DNA of 64,000 bases, taken from positions 3,847,136 to 3,911,135 of the forward strand of contig BCIN01000001.1 of assembly GCA_039545335.1 (NCBI GenBank), given 5' to 3'. The stretch is from Kondoa subrosea. Taxonomy: Eukaryota. A program made the position numbers and the translations under genes. Below, one piece after another: positions 26,130 to 39,537 of this stretch. Position 1 is the first letter of the stretch; each line of letters opens with the position of its first letter. The notes beneath the pieces were generated by a model. The model ran no database searches. It was not told the origin of the DNA and was given only the letters and a program-made list of their open reading frames with translations.

Positions 26130-29100
26130 ATGAATAGCGGTCGAAGTCTCACCTGGAGCAGTCAGCTTCCTGCAGACTGGATTTCGGTTATGAGGCTCAT
26201 TTCCATTCCCAGATACTCTGGATGCCAGATATCGCAAGCAAAGTCGTGGTCTCTTCTTCACAGCAGTCACGGCGACTGGTGTAATCTATGGTAAAGTATC
26301 TTTCACAGGAATGCAGGTCATTCCAGCTCATTGGCACGCGTTCGTCTGGCAGGCGACTTGACGACCTCTCCTTTATATGTCGTCAATGGTCTTTTTCCAG
26401 CTGATGGAGAAGTTCCTTCAGATGCCGATGTTACAGGTTTGCACAAATTGTTTTTCGTGCAATTGTGCCCATCGAGTGCATAGGCGCAATCTCTGCCGTC
26501 GTTTACTCGTTCCTGTTCATTCTACTCTTCAAGTATGGTTACGTCGCTTTGGTGGGTCTGCTCGTTCTTCGTACACGAGAGAGAGTTCAGCTAATGTCAA
26601 TATTGAAGAAAATGGGCACGTCCGCCGGTGAAGGTGGACCTTTTGCCTTGTTCATGCAACTCTTTCCTTCTGAACGCACAAACGCTTCAGTGAGTTGTTC
26701 CTCGTTGTACGACGATATAAAGTGTTGATTTGGTGTGTTTGAAGATTGGTGTACCTACCATCGCTTCACCTGCTTCATCTGATGCTACCAAATCCATTCA
26801 TGATGATCGCTTCATTGCTAAGCCTTGGATTAAAAGGATCATCCTTATAGCGACACTGATTGGTGTTAGTGCTATTGTAAGTTCGGAAATTTTTGATCAT
26901 TCATCTCGGAGAGCTAATACTTGAATACAGATGGCTGATGGGTATGCTCCTCCTTCAATACCCTTGCTTTCGACTGATCTCATTCATGTAGCGTCCTCAC
27001 TCCTGCGTAAGCTTCTTCAGCAAGTTCTGAGCGAATATCTGATTGTTCTTTCTCTAAATAGGGTCAGCGTTATTAGTGCTGTCGGCGGTCTTGCTGTTGT
27101 CGCACCCTTGAACGAGAGTCATATTCAAGGCATCACTATCGCAATCCTGGTAGTCCTTTTCGCTGCTCGTAGGTACAAACTTCGCAGATGCCTTCATGAA
27201 GCTCATATTTGGAACAGAAAGACTCGGTACTGCTAAGATTGGTGTTCTATGTAGGTAGTCTGAGAGCAGTTCTATCTTGACTCAACTCACAACCTCTCAG
27301 ATGGACCGATCCTGATTTGCTGGATGCTGGTCGTTGGTGCTTCGTATGCACCGTCTTGGTCCAGACGTCTCGATCGCTTATGCCTTCTTGACTGTATAGG
27401 GGAATCTACAACATCGTCCAACATCCCGGTATTCTTCGCGCCTTCGATCCTTCAACTTGCGTGCACTTCTTTATGCGCCGCGGGTCCATCGAACCAATGG
27501 CGGGTGTCGTCCTGGCGATAACTGGCGTAGAAGCCTTATTTGCGTCTCTGGGTCAGTTCAACAAGAAGAGGTCAGTCGTATAGACTAAAACCGGCTCAAG
27601 CTGATTCATTCTGTACCAGTATTCGTATCACCTGCTTTGGTATTGTCTTCCCAAGCATGACCTTGGCGTACTTGGGTCAGGGTGCGCGGATCATTCAAGA
27701 CAAGAATGTACTTCAGAACGCTTTCTGTAAGTTGATCGAATTGAGGTTTGAATCTTGGCCGAACCTAAATCTTCCACCAGACAAGAGCATTCCTGGCGGC
27801 GACGGAGGTCCTTTATGGTACATCACTTGGATATTAGGTGTCCTAGCATGTATTGTGGCCAGTCAATCGCTTCTCACGGCTTCTTTCAGTTTGGTATGTC
27901 TTGACCGACAAGTCTTTAGTAATTCCTAAAATGCCTTACGATAGATCCAACAAATGGTTGGTCTGAGAGCTTTCCCGTCAGTTGCTATCATCGTATATCC
28001 GAAGCTCTCTTCGAGTGACACTGAACTTAACATGACTTCTAGCATACATCCGATTCGCATCGTGGTCAAATTTACGCTCCTGTCGTGAACTTCTTGCTAT
28101 GTGTTGCATGCGTGGCTGTTGTTCTTGGCTTCGGCACCGATGCTGGCTTGACAGTAGGTGAAATATTGGTCAACTTCAATTGTGCTAAGCAATATTTGGT
28201 ACCCGATAGTCTGCTTTCGGCTTTGCTGTCAGTGTGGTCCTACTTATCACTTCCTTCTTAATTACACTGGTGATGCTCAAGTGGGTCGAAGAATTATACA
28301 AAATAGAGTCATTCTGATATCTTTTCAGTGTTCGCCATTATCCGGTCTGGATTGCTATACCTTTCCTATTGGCAACCGGCTTTGTATGTGTATAGCATTG
28401 ATGAGACTCGCGCTTAGGCTGAGTCTATGTCTTAAGGTCGATTCCCTCTTTGTGGCTGGCGCGATCACTAAAGTTCCTCACGGAGCTTGGTTTACTGTCA
28501 CCCTTGCCGGCGTTTTGACCGTCTTCCTTGCATTCTGGACCTGGTCTAAAGGATTGGAAGACAAATTTGACGCAGAACATCGATTACGACTGAATCAGCT
28601 GTTTGCTCACAAAATAGGAGAAGACAACATGGACGAGAAGTCTGCATTGAAAGAAGACTTGGCCAGTGCTGGCGATCATACTATTGATCTGGACGAAATC
28701 ACTTCACTTGCCAAAAATCAAGATGTTGTACAAAGCGAAGAAGATTTGGGCAGATTCCCAGAACAGCTTTGTCTCATCACACAAAAGCGTCCTGTACCTT
28801 TGCCGCGAGTTCCTGTCTTCTCTTTCTTCCGTGAGTGAACCAATCTGCCCAATCGACAGTGCTAATCTCTTCCCATAGATCATCTCGGCTATGGTAATGG
28901 AGCTCCTCACTCTTTCACTTCCATGGTCAAAGGTCAAATGGTTCTACCTCGAGTTGTCGTCTTTCTCGCCATTCGTACCGTCGATGTGCCTCGCTTGGAC
29001 GAAGGAGATATGATCGTCATCAATAAGCTCAGAGCTCTGGAAGGTAATTACAATCCGCTCTAGCATGGTAACGAACGCTTCTGATCCACGTTACAGGTTT

Positions 29101-29526
29101 CTATGTCATGAAACTTCGCTTGGGTTATCGTCAGAAGGTCGATCTGCGCAACCTTGGTCCTTTGGTACTCGAGCGCATCATTCAATTGGAACGTGGCACA
29201 ACTGTATTGGGTCAAGATAAGGGGCTGGATGCCAAACTTGATCTCATTCGTGAAGCTGCTGAGAATACAAATCATGTCGTAAGCTTTCCTTTTATCATCT
29301 TTAACACGAGCCAAACCTGACGGACATCTCGCAGATCCCCTCCTATCATGTCTCGAGTAAAGGTACATCCTACAGCTCTTCCATCGTAAGGCGTACAGCC
29401 GATTGGTTCCGTGCTCTCTTGCTCGAGGAATTCTATATGCGAGCAGACGCCAATTTCAACCCAACTGCTGATTACGTGATGGACGAAAGTAAAGTCTTAC
29501 GGATTGGTGTCGATGCCCAGATTTGA
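26130..29526 (+). CDS. KUP/HAK/KT family potassium transporter, copy 2
   Basis: GVIYGDLTTSPLY, GEGGPFAL, TGVEALFASLGQF, LAYLGQGA, GQIYAPVVN and TKVPHGAWF; C-terminus collinear with copy 1 (LRIGVDAQI vs LRIGVDAAI). Confidence 0.92.
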
Positions 29527-29715
29527 AAATGAACCATTGCTGGACGATGGTTAGAATATAGTCTCTACAGAAGGTTACTTAGATTGTTGCGATGCACTGA
29601 ATTATACATTATTGTTCGGTATACGAAACGTGTATGAGGATAGATGCGACTGTTACAAGAAGCGGTTGACAGATGGTACAACTATGAATACAACTTGATC
29701 GGAAAGATAGATCAT

Positions 29716-30339
29716 TCATGCAAACGCTTTCTGCCCAGCGTTTCTTTTCTGGGTCGGAAAGATTGGTTCTTCCTCATCGCTTGTCTCGTCACCTAAATCT
29801 TGCCATCCTCCGTCTGAGCCTGTTGGCGAAGCGACTCGCGATATCGTCGGAGAGGAAGAAGGAAGCGAAGGAAGCAATACAGGAGGAGAGAAAGCGGATG
29901 AAGGAGTAGTAGATGTGGAAGAAGAAGTGAAAGGCCTGCTATCTTCTGCTGGTGCATCGAACAAGATTTGAGAGCCAGACAATGAGCCAGAGCCGTTGGT
30001 CGGAGATGGAAGAGATCTAGCTAGGCGTTGTTGGGTCGTCGCTAGCGGTTCATCGTCTTCTAGAAGCGTAATACTCCGAGACTGGGAACATCAATGAGTC
30101 CCAAAACTCGATTGTTGGACCTGAGCGAGCGAGCGCACCTGTCTCCTTCTGAGCATCTCTCGATCCATAGCACTTGTTCTAGCCAGAGTCGCTTGCTGCG
30201 TCGTCATAGCATAACGCTGCCTTCGTTCCCTCTCTTGTCGCTCTCTTTCTCTTGCTTCGATCTCCTCGTATAATAATGCACCGCCGATCACGATAGCTCC
30301 TACTGTCAGGGCTGCCAAGAAGATCAAATGACTAGGCAT
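29716..30339 (-). CDS. Small hypothetical protein with N-terminal TM helix, charged coil and Ser/Pro-rich tail
   Basis: MPSHLIFLAALTVGAIVIGGALLYEE, then ERERQERERR; apparently joined through one intron to the 29716-29982 frame. Confidence 0.55.
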
Positions 30340-30808
30340 GCTGTAGATTGCCTGTAAGTTGCTTGCTCGTTGAGGGAAGAGGACATTTCTGGAAACCCTA
30401 TTTACGCAGAACAGCCATGCGACAAGCAGTCTTCTATCTTTGCGCAAGCCCATCTGTATTAGCTCTTTGTATTGTGTGCATTATACTCATTCATTTCATG
30501 TCGAAGAGTCACATAGGTCTGTCCAGGAACTCGGATCTGCTCTGCTGGTCTGCCTACTCTTTGTGTGAAACGAGCTGTCGGTCATAGATGCGCTGTTCTC
30601 TTTGATCTGGTCTAAGGCTTCAATGCGGCCGCCAAACTTTGCTCATGTAGACTCGTCATCGAACATTTGATCTGCATTTGACCATATTTCAATACCAACC
30701 GTCTTACCATCTTGTGCGATGGCTCTAACACGACTTTCTTTCCCTTCCGACTCTCCCCTTCATAGTTTGTAAGGCCTCTGCCCCGGACACAATTCATATA
30801 CCACCACC

Positions 30809-31628
30809 ATGAGGTACCTGGCGTATTCTCTCTTCGGCTGCTGGTTCAGCTCAATCATGCTTGTGGTCGCTTCTCCGGCTCTTTATCGAAAAACTTGCGA
30901 TTCCTCTGCTTGTCGATTACCGGAGAATGGATATCAAGTGTTTTGTGATGCGTATAACAAATGTGACTTTAATTGCATGAGTAGGGACTATACTCTGTCA
31001 ATCACCGCTCTCCGCTGATCTCGTCTGTTCATTTCTTCTAGCTGGTCATGCGAGTAAGGCTCGATTTACAATACACCGATTCCCGACGACCTGATGCCTC
31101 TCTGAAACGTAGAGATTGGGCAAGAATGCGTTGTTTCGGCCTTAACGTGCAATCCAGCTCTCTGTCCAGCAGTCACTAACGCTGTATCGATGTGCGACCA
31201 GAACGAATGTTCTTTTAGCTGTAATCCTTGGTACAAGAGGAACGGTCCTGGCTGTAAGCTCTCCTCATTTTGGAAGTCATCGCATTCATTTCTGATTCTG
31301 CTGTGAAGGTACAAAGATCTGCACTGTGGAAGCTTGCCAAATTACTTCTCCGCAGAACAGCCAAGCGATTTGCAGTAAGCTTACCGTGAATCGGCCAACA
31401 ACATGAACTCACTCAGATTTTTAGTGCCGGATCAGACTTGCAGCTATACATGCAATACTGGCTTCTATGTTAACGCAATAGGTGCGCTAAATTTCTTGTA
31501 GTCCTCTCTTCCTTGAGACCGTGAAGCTCAATATCCGAGCAGGAGGGTGTACCGCTGATGCAGATCTGGGTGTTAACGATGCTACGATCCCGAGTCCCGA
31601 AGAGATTACAACCACGGGCAAACGCTAA
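30809..31628 (+). CDS. Small secreted Cys-rich protein with three 6-Cys repeats
   Basis: Signal peptide plus manually spliced exons give three modules: CDSSAC..C..CDFNC..C, CNPALC..C..CSFSC..C and CTVEAC..C..CSYTC..C; stop TAA at 31626-31628. Confidence 0.7.
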
Positions 31629-31757
31629 TAAACATGCATAATGAAAGGGGCTAAATGTATGCTATACAAACGAAGTGAATACTGCTTGTACTATTGTTAT
31701 CTTGTGATGAGAGGTTATCAGAATTGTCCATGCTGAAGAAAGTCCGTTCCGAGAATG

Positions 31758-34700
31758 TCATTCAAGCTGACCCGTGCAATACAGATCGATCGTGTGGTTT
31801 AAGAACTGGACGATTACATCAGTATAGAGATCCGTAGAAGACAGTGATACTCACTTCTTTCTTAGGCTTGAGATCCGCATGCGGGAATAGCTCTTGGATT
31901 GCTTGTCGCGTTGTACGTTTCGTCTGTGTATGATAGTGATCAAAATAGTGATCTAACGATTTGTGGGCACGTACAACAGTCATAAGATCTTGCGTAGCCA
32001 GGAAGGATCTGCACATGCAATTTAGTCAGGGATTCTCAGACATGCAACCGAATCCACCCACTTGACCATTTCGACAATTTCAGCTTCAGACGGATTGGTC
32101 GACTGGCTGACTTTAGGTGCAGGTATACCTATCTGACTTCCTCCTATTTGACTCCCCATCACGCTGCCTTCCAACATTGACAGACCAAGCTGAGACGAGA
32201 AGGAATTTGGCATGTTTAGGACTGATGCCGCAGGAGTACCGCCATAGAAAGAAGCATTGGGCATGCCGAGTTCTGACATACCATGAATTGATCCAGCCAC
32301 GGAAGGCGCGAAGGGTGAAGCGAAGCTTTGACTTTGATGTATAGAGCCATAAGCATTGTGACCATACATAGCGCTGGGTGCTTGATGTATGGACGCAGAG
32401 TAATTTTGCTGATGACCGTAAGCGTTGGGTGTAGAGACAGGTGAGGTACGATTCGAAGCTGCCATTGAAGGTCTGTGTAAGTGTAGAGATTGCGGAGGCT
32501 GTACCATACTGAAGCCAGATACAGACTGAGCTGGACCAGGATGTTGCACTTTCTCGTTTACCGGAAGACCAGCTTCTTCGCGCCAAGCTTGAGATTGGTA
32601 ATCAGAGAAGCGACTCAGAGGCTTCGAGGTGATGCGGTTCAGCTCAGGTTGAATGACAGATAGCGCGACACCTACAATCATGGATTCATCGAAGTGATCG
32701 TCTTCAGCTGCAGCCAAGACCTTTTTGTTTTTGCCTTCTCCAATAACAACTCTGCAAAGAGTTGTGCGTCAGACCTGACTCTGGCTCAAGATGCATATGT
32801 GACGAACCTGGTCTGACCCCAAGAGAAATCATCTGAAGTAGTCCAAATCAGTATAGAGCGACGCAAATACGGAGGAACATACCAAAATGCCAAAAGCTAT
32901 AGAGTGGCAAGAAGAAGGAATAAATTGGGAAAGCCAGCAGATAGATAATGAGCCAGCCGATGAACTGCGAGAATCAGGTCAGCAATTGTGTCCGTATTGA
33001 CAATATGAAAACCTGCCTGCCATTGGCGTTTCAGCAGGAATATAAGCGCCTGTGTCAAGTATTAGATTGAGGTATCCATCTGTTGGCATGTGGACTGACT
33101 TGTAAGCCATAGACTGCGCCCAGCATGATCAAGGAAAAGATGGGAACTTGAGCATGACCACTGCTGACGATGACAATCAGGTAGACCAGGTAAACAGTTG
33201 TAGCAGGTAAAATGAGTGTTCCAAGCAGATCAATGAAGACGATGAATCGCATGGAGAAACAACAGGTCTGCCCGGATATCAGCAGGAATTCACCAAAAGT
33301 CAGAGAGCAGTCTCACTCCGCAAAGGTCCTATAGATGTCACAGATCAGAACGGGGGCAAACCTTATCGCAAAGCATACTCACCTGAATGGTCAACAGCTC
33401 GACCAGATTGTGGACCGCTATACCAAGATCTGAGTCATGAGCTTGCACAGATGAATCGACGTACTACTATTGATCCATCGACGTCTTTGAGAAAGCAGAA
33501 TAGACCATCTTTCAGGAGCAGCTGTGGTAGCGCGAGCGTCCTGAGTGAATTTTGTTTTATAGGTTGGGAAGTGCTGAAGCAGTAGTGTTGAAAAGAAACG
33601 ATCTTCTCCTAGCGATAGTAGATTCTTTTCTGTAGGATCAGGCAGCGTGATTAGCAGCATTAGTCAGGAGGATATTGCCTCGACTGACTGTGCAGAGTAT
33701 CAACATTATTCTCAGCGTATGCGTCCAGAACAGCATTGGATACCACAAGAGGTTTGCCTTTGTCGACTGACTTGATCCGATACATCGTAAAGCACCCAGG
33801 TAAGCAGGTGACACTTCCAAATAGTGATTCGAATGCTTTGGACAAATGATGGGAAATGTAATATTCGTAGACCTGGATCATAGTCGTGAGTGACTGCTTC
33901 TCATTGGCCAGCTTAGTCTCTCCACATATGCCGATGATTTTTGCGTCGTTCTGAGCTTGAGCGACCAGTCTTGTTAGCGAATCAGTCTCTACTTCTGTGT
34001 CGGCATCTGGAACACATCTCAGCCCAGTATTCATGCATGCGCCAATTGCAGCCTACCAACTGTCAATAGATAGTCATAGAGCAGCGGATCGACACCAATA
34101 ACATTCTTCAGTTGATGGTAAATTTCCAACTCGAGAGGTGACATTTCGGAGTCGAGGTGCACGCGATTAAGGAACCGAAGAAGCATAACTTGAGAATCCC
34201 GCTACAGAAGACTTGTCAACACAAAATACTTTTGACTCGCACGTCATTGCTTACCTTTCCTCTGTTTCCGGGTTTAGATCGCTCAGAGGGTTTACCAACC
34301 TGCGCAACGTCAGCACAATGAATTGGCGACAGGCTCGAGCGCTGACCTTGACTACTACAATGAAGGGAACAACGTGGCCTTCGTGCTCATAGAGACCGCT
34401 ATAAACCTTCGCATAATTGATTTGACGTGCGCCGTCACCGAGAGATTTGAAGATGAGAGGATCGGGGTCGATAGAAGCACTCGAGACTCCTAGAATGTCT
34501 AATACAATGCGAGGAGTAGACCGGTCATTTCCTAGAAGTGACGGGGTGGGCTTAGCTCGCAATGTTGAGATGATTGCAGACAGCTTACCAGCCCCGACGA
34601 TAGTGCCATCGCAGATGACAAATAGAAGCTTGCGTCGATCGTCATAGTCGAGTACAGCCAACGAGTCAAATGTCTTTTTAAGAGACTCCTCGGACTCAGC

Positions 34701-37700
34701 TAACGCAAATTCAGCAGGAGCCAACATATTTTTGCCTTCTACACTGACTGTAGCAAGGTACTTGGCAAATGACAAACTTGTCTTGCTTCTCAGGCATACG
34801 CTTCGTACCGAATTGGAGAGCCGCCAAAAACTGCTTGCGGATTAGCTTGGCCGCAAGTTGAGAATTTAGAAGCAAACCTTTATGCCAATGACCGCAACAA
34901 GAATAGCGGAGAAGCCTAGAAGCATATAAGGCTGTACTTGACATCTTGGTGTTTCGCGAGGATCAGCTTGCCCGACATGGAAGAGCGTGCGCATGCATCG
35001 GAGCTGATGGAGAATTGTCAGGCAGTCACAGAGGACACCCGATGCGCACGCACAGTAGAGTCTTTGTCCGCTTGACTCAGAGTCAATGCATCAAGCGCTT
35101 TGGTGATATCCGCGCCGGCTTGAGCTTGCCATAAATTGCTAATAGCCGAATCGAGAAAAGCATAGTCCGGCACAGCAGGATTGGCTTGAATGGTGGCGAA
35201 GTAATCGCTGAGATCATACACTTGATCGTCGTATATTGCCCATTGACGAGGTGTTTCACCGGTAGATGCTTCTTGAGTGACATTCTTGCGAGCGTAAACC
35301 AATGGACCTTTCCGATACTGTTTCATGACAGGCAAGAAGCTAACATCGTACCAATTGGGATCAGCGAGAGCAGATCCGCGGTCCGGCTGTTGGACACCTG
35401 AGATATGCAAAGCCGTTGATACTTCCGCTGTCCATGTTGCGTACGATAGAAAAAGGTTCTCGTTCGTTACACGGTCTGGACAAGCGGTGCTGAGAGGAAT
35501 AGGGAAGTAGTTCGTGCTTCAAGAAGTGTCAGCAGATAGAAGCCAGTGCGCACGCAAGCACTTACATATCTTGGCCAGCTAGACTGAGCATGTCTTCGTC
35601 AGTGACGGGCAGACCAGGCACATCCGAATGTTGGATGCGCCACTAAAATTGAACTCAGCAGCGTGTCAGCAAGTGCTAAACCAGGCTCTTACGAAATCTG
35701 TCAGGTCATACACATTGCCGCGCACACCAACCCAATAGTCATTCTCGCCTTGATGGTAACTCAGCTCTTTGACGTTCCAGACCTGTTTGAGATAGGGTCA
35801 GCAGGTTCTCAAAGCGTATAAGCAGAAATGACCTTGTTGTATTCGGGACAGAGTATAAGGCCAAAAGCGACAATGTAGAACACCTATAATAATATTGAGA
35901 AGCCTGTCATAGAATGGAATAAAACAACACACGACAAATGCACAAAGTAGCGCGATCAGGGCACACAGAGTAACCTTTTCTCTCCACGCTAAACGCACAT
36001 CAGGTCTCTTCATTCTACCGACTTTTCGCAGCATGAAATCGGGGATCCAGAAGGTGATCATCCAAACTAGAGCGAGCCAGAATCGTCGCTTGCCACTTGT
36101 GGGTGCAACTTCGACCGTCGCTGGCTTCCCGTGAAGAGTAGGCTTTCTAGTCAGCTCGCTTTGCTTTTCTTCTTTCTCAGCACCCCAGGTATCGTGGGTA
36201 TCCAGTTCTTTGTTCGCCAACGTATACTGACTCTCGCCGAAGTAGACCTGAGAAGGTTGCTGGTTGATGGAGAACTGTGAAGCGCTGTTCGGCGTTTCAG
36301 CGTACTGATGATCGCCATATAGTGTTGTGCCAGTAGAGTTGCGGTAAGCGTTCTGAGCACCATTATCGTATGATAACCGATTTACTTGGTCTTGCTCGTA
36401 GGGTGATTCATATTCGCCTTGCCCTTTTCCTTTCTCGTCAGGTGATATGCTGCGCTTGTCATCGCTATTTTCCGCATCCGAATTATCCGAGTCGTCATCT
36501 TGTAATCTATTGCGACTTTGGGATCGAATGTGTTGCGCAGCAGAACGAGCTGCATCAATTTTAGCTTGCTGTTCTTCGCTGACCAGTTTACTCAACCCAA
36601 ATGGCGTAGGAGCTCGCGAAGCACTGTGACCATGTGCTTCAAGATACCGGACTGACAACTGTTTCCAAGCTGAATACGACAGCCAGACACGAGTGTTTCC
36701 AATGAAGTAGTCAGATTCGGCTGTCCAACTTTCATCCATGCAAAGCTGTTGAATATCTTCTCCTTCGCGATCGCAGATCTTGGTAAAGCGTTCATGGCTG
36801 ACATCAGCGACGTAGCTTTGTTTTTGAGCCGATAGAACTTCGGGCAACAAAAGAGACCTGATTTGACTGCGTACAAAGCGTTCTTCTAATCCAGCTGAAG
36901 CTTGACCAGATCCGTTGGGCGCGATGCAGAAGACAGTCCAAAGTTTGGGTTTGTTGAGCAATCGTAAGTAGCTAGAAAGCGTGTGGTTGATCTGAGTTGT
37001 ATGAGGCTGGATTTCTAGGCTGTACATGGGCGCATCTTCCTGACCTGATCTCGAAGGCCCTACCAATGCGGAAGGTTGACGTAAAGGTTGACTTGAAACT
37101 TGAGCGGTAGTGATGACTGTTCTGTCCCTCGGATGCATTTCCGTTGCCAAACTGGGACCAGCCAATAGACGTGAAACAAAGCTGTCTTCCGAGTCTTTGA
37201 GTAGACTGACGAAATCGGAATCCATAATGTCCAAATCACTCTGAACGAAGCCAATGGATTCGTAAGTGACAGGGCCATTCCAATGTTGAATACCAAAAGA
37301 GGTTGTTGCTTCTTGGCCAAGAGGGAAAGCAATGAAAGAAGTGGAAGTCTTGCACGTCTGTCTCATTTGGCGAAGGAAAGCCGAATCTGGTACCTCTTCC
37401 CCTGTTTTGCCTTTTCTCAAGTTTGCTCCATTCTTGGCTAGACCTCCAATAACACCTCCAGGGCTCTTATCAGATCCGTCACCTAGTACTCCTCCTCGCA
37501 AAAGCTCAAGCCTTCCTATAGAACGATCGATGAATTCTGTTGCAGGCAACGATAGACCATCTTGGGCCATCCGAACATTGTCTGAAGAAGTGTCATCCAA
37601 CAATCGTTGCGAAAGCCAATAGTGAAGAATATCTTGCGAGAAGTTGATTGTGAATTCAGGGAAACCGTCGGCTGAGACAGACTGCAAGAGTGTAGATCGA

Positions 37701-39012
37701 CGAGCTTCAGTGGATTGAGGTTGTCTAGTCTGAGTTCCAGGTAAATCCAGCTGAATAATACTAGAACCACCAGCTTGTTGCACTTTGGCAATTTCATCTT
37801 CACCAGGGAATACTTTCGAATTTGCGCATTCTACAATATAGGCAAATAGAACGGCATACAGTGAGCTAGTCAAGAGATCTCTTTGGACAAGACATTCTGC
37901 TGGTGTAAGAATAGCGGTAATACGATCTTTCTTGATCCACCTGGTACGATTGACCAAAGAGTTCTCCAGTTCTTCCGAAGACAGACCGAGGAGCGCGGCG
38001 GCAACTTCCAAAGCTGGTCTTGAATCTGTTTCAACCCATGATACATCGTTACTCAGCGGGACATCATGTGCCGCAAAGGTCAGGTTGCCGAGAAGAAGAA
38101 TAGCTGATATGACCTTGAAGATGCCAGTGATGTGTCTTCTTTTGAAGCCGAGACAATCTAAAGCTGTTTTCAGATCTTCGAATGCGATTCTTCGTGCACC
38201 GGCTTCGGATGTTTCAGCATTGTCAGATGGTGTAGGAGAAGACCCGTTCATGAGTAGATAGTCAGACATTTCGTTATTGAGGCCAAGCTCTTGTCTTTCG
38301 GCAGGTGAAGCACCAGCAACCAATTCATAAAGTATATTGAAGCATTTAGACGATCCATCTTGTCTTGTCACGCGAGTCTTGTCAAGAGCGAAAGTGAGCA
38401 CTTTGGCAGCTGCTAATTTGGATTCTCTTTCCGGACTTGTAAAGTGTAATTCCAACCAAGAAGCATGTCGAGATGCAGATCCCGCTTGACCGAAAGACTT
38501 GAGGATCGTTTCCAATGCTCTGACTTGTTCCGCCAGCTTAATACTACGTTTATCGCCCGTTGCAGACAGCCGCAGCAGATGACTAGTGATCAATTGACTT
38601 GAGAAGGATTTGCCAGAACTTGATATGCCACTGCAACCCAGTCCAATCAGTCTACCTCTCTATCATCTGATCACGGTGAAGCTCACTGATACACTATAGC
38701 CTGACTCCTGCCCGTTCCACGCATAAGCAAGAACGCTCTACATGCCAAATCGTAAGGTGATGGTTCGAGCTCTTCGGACACATTGCTTCGACTTTGCCTG
38801 ATATAGGCTTCTGCACTTGTATCGCTTACATCGGACAGCAAGCGATTCGGATTGAGAACAATTAGGCCTGAATCACCACACCGAGTGTAAGGGAGATCTT
38901 GCTTGTAACGTCTTTGTAAGGTTGAGAAGATGGCATTATCTGAAGGTACAGCCGATCTGAAAGAGCTGCTACCAGTTCTTGGGACTAGATCGCTCAGATC
39001 TCGGATGCTCAT
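31758..39012 (-). CDS. Chitin synthase with N-terminal myosin motor-like domain, cytochrome b5-like domain and C-terminal DEK_C (class V/VII)
   Basis: P-loop [48 protein letters not shown]-terminal [13 protein letters not shown] (DEK_C-like). Confidence 0.95.
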
Positions 39013-39537
39013 AGCTTTCTAAGCTTTTTGAATGCAGTGTTTGGCCACGGCGGAAACTATGCAAGGCCAGGGGTATAAGGGTATAGCTGCTTGATATGTG
39101 CTCTCAAGCTAGCACAGAGATCGATAGCAGGTCGGTGAAGAAGTGTAGGAGGTCGAGCAGAAAATCTTGGTCGTCGCGTGGACCATGAGCCAAACATAGC
39201 CTTCAAGAGTTACATTTGTCCTGACAAGATACACACTACGTGCCACAATCCTATGTCCGCTGTACAAATTCCACAGAGCGCGTCTATCGAAAGGTCGGAA
39301 CTTCGAAAACCCATATAGATTACTGGATTCAATCTACTTCTGGCAAAGCATCTTTGAGCGAGCTCAAGATCAATGCAGGTTGGTGCAGAAAACTGAAAGA
39401 AAAAGATAAGGATGCGATTGCAGGCATTGACTTTGACCGCAGTCCGCTCGGATGAGGTTCACATCGTATTCCGCAACCTGCAGTGTTGAAGGACCGTAAG
39501 AATTTTCTAAGGAGAAGAACCATTGAACCCACGAGAT

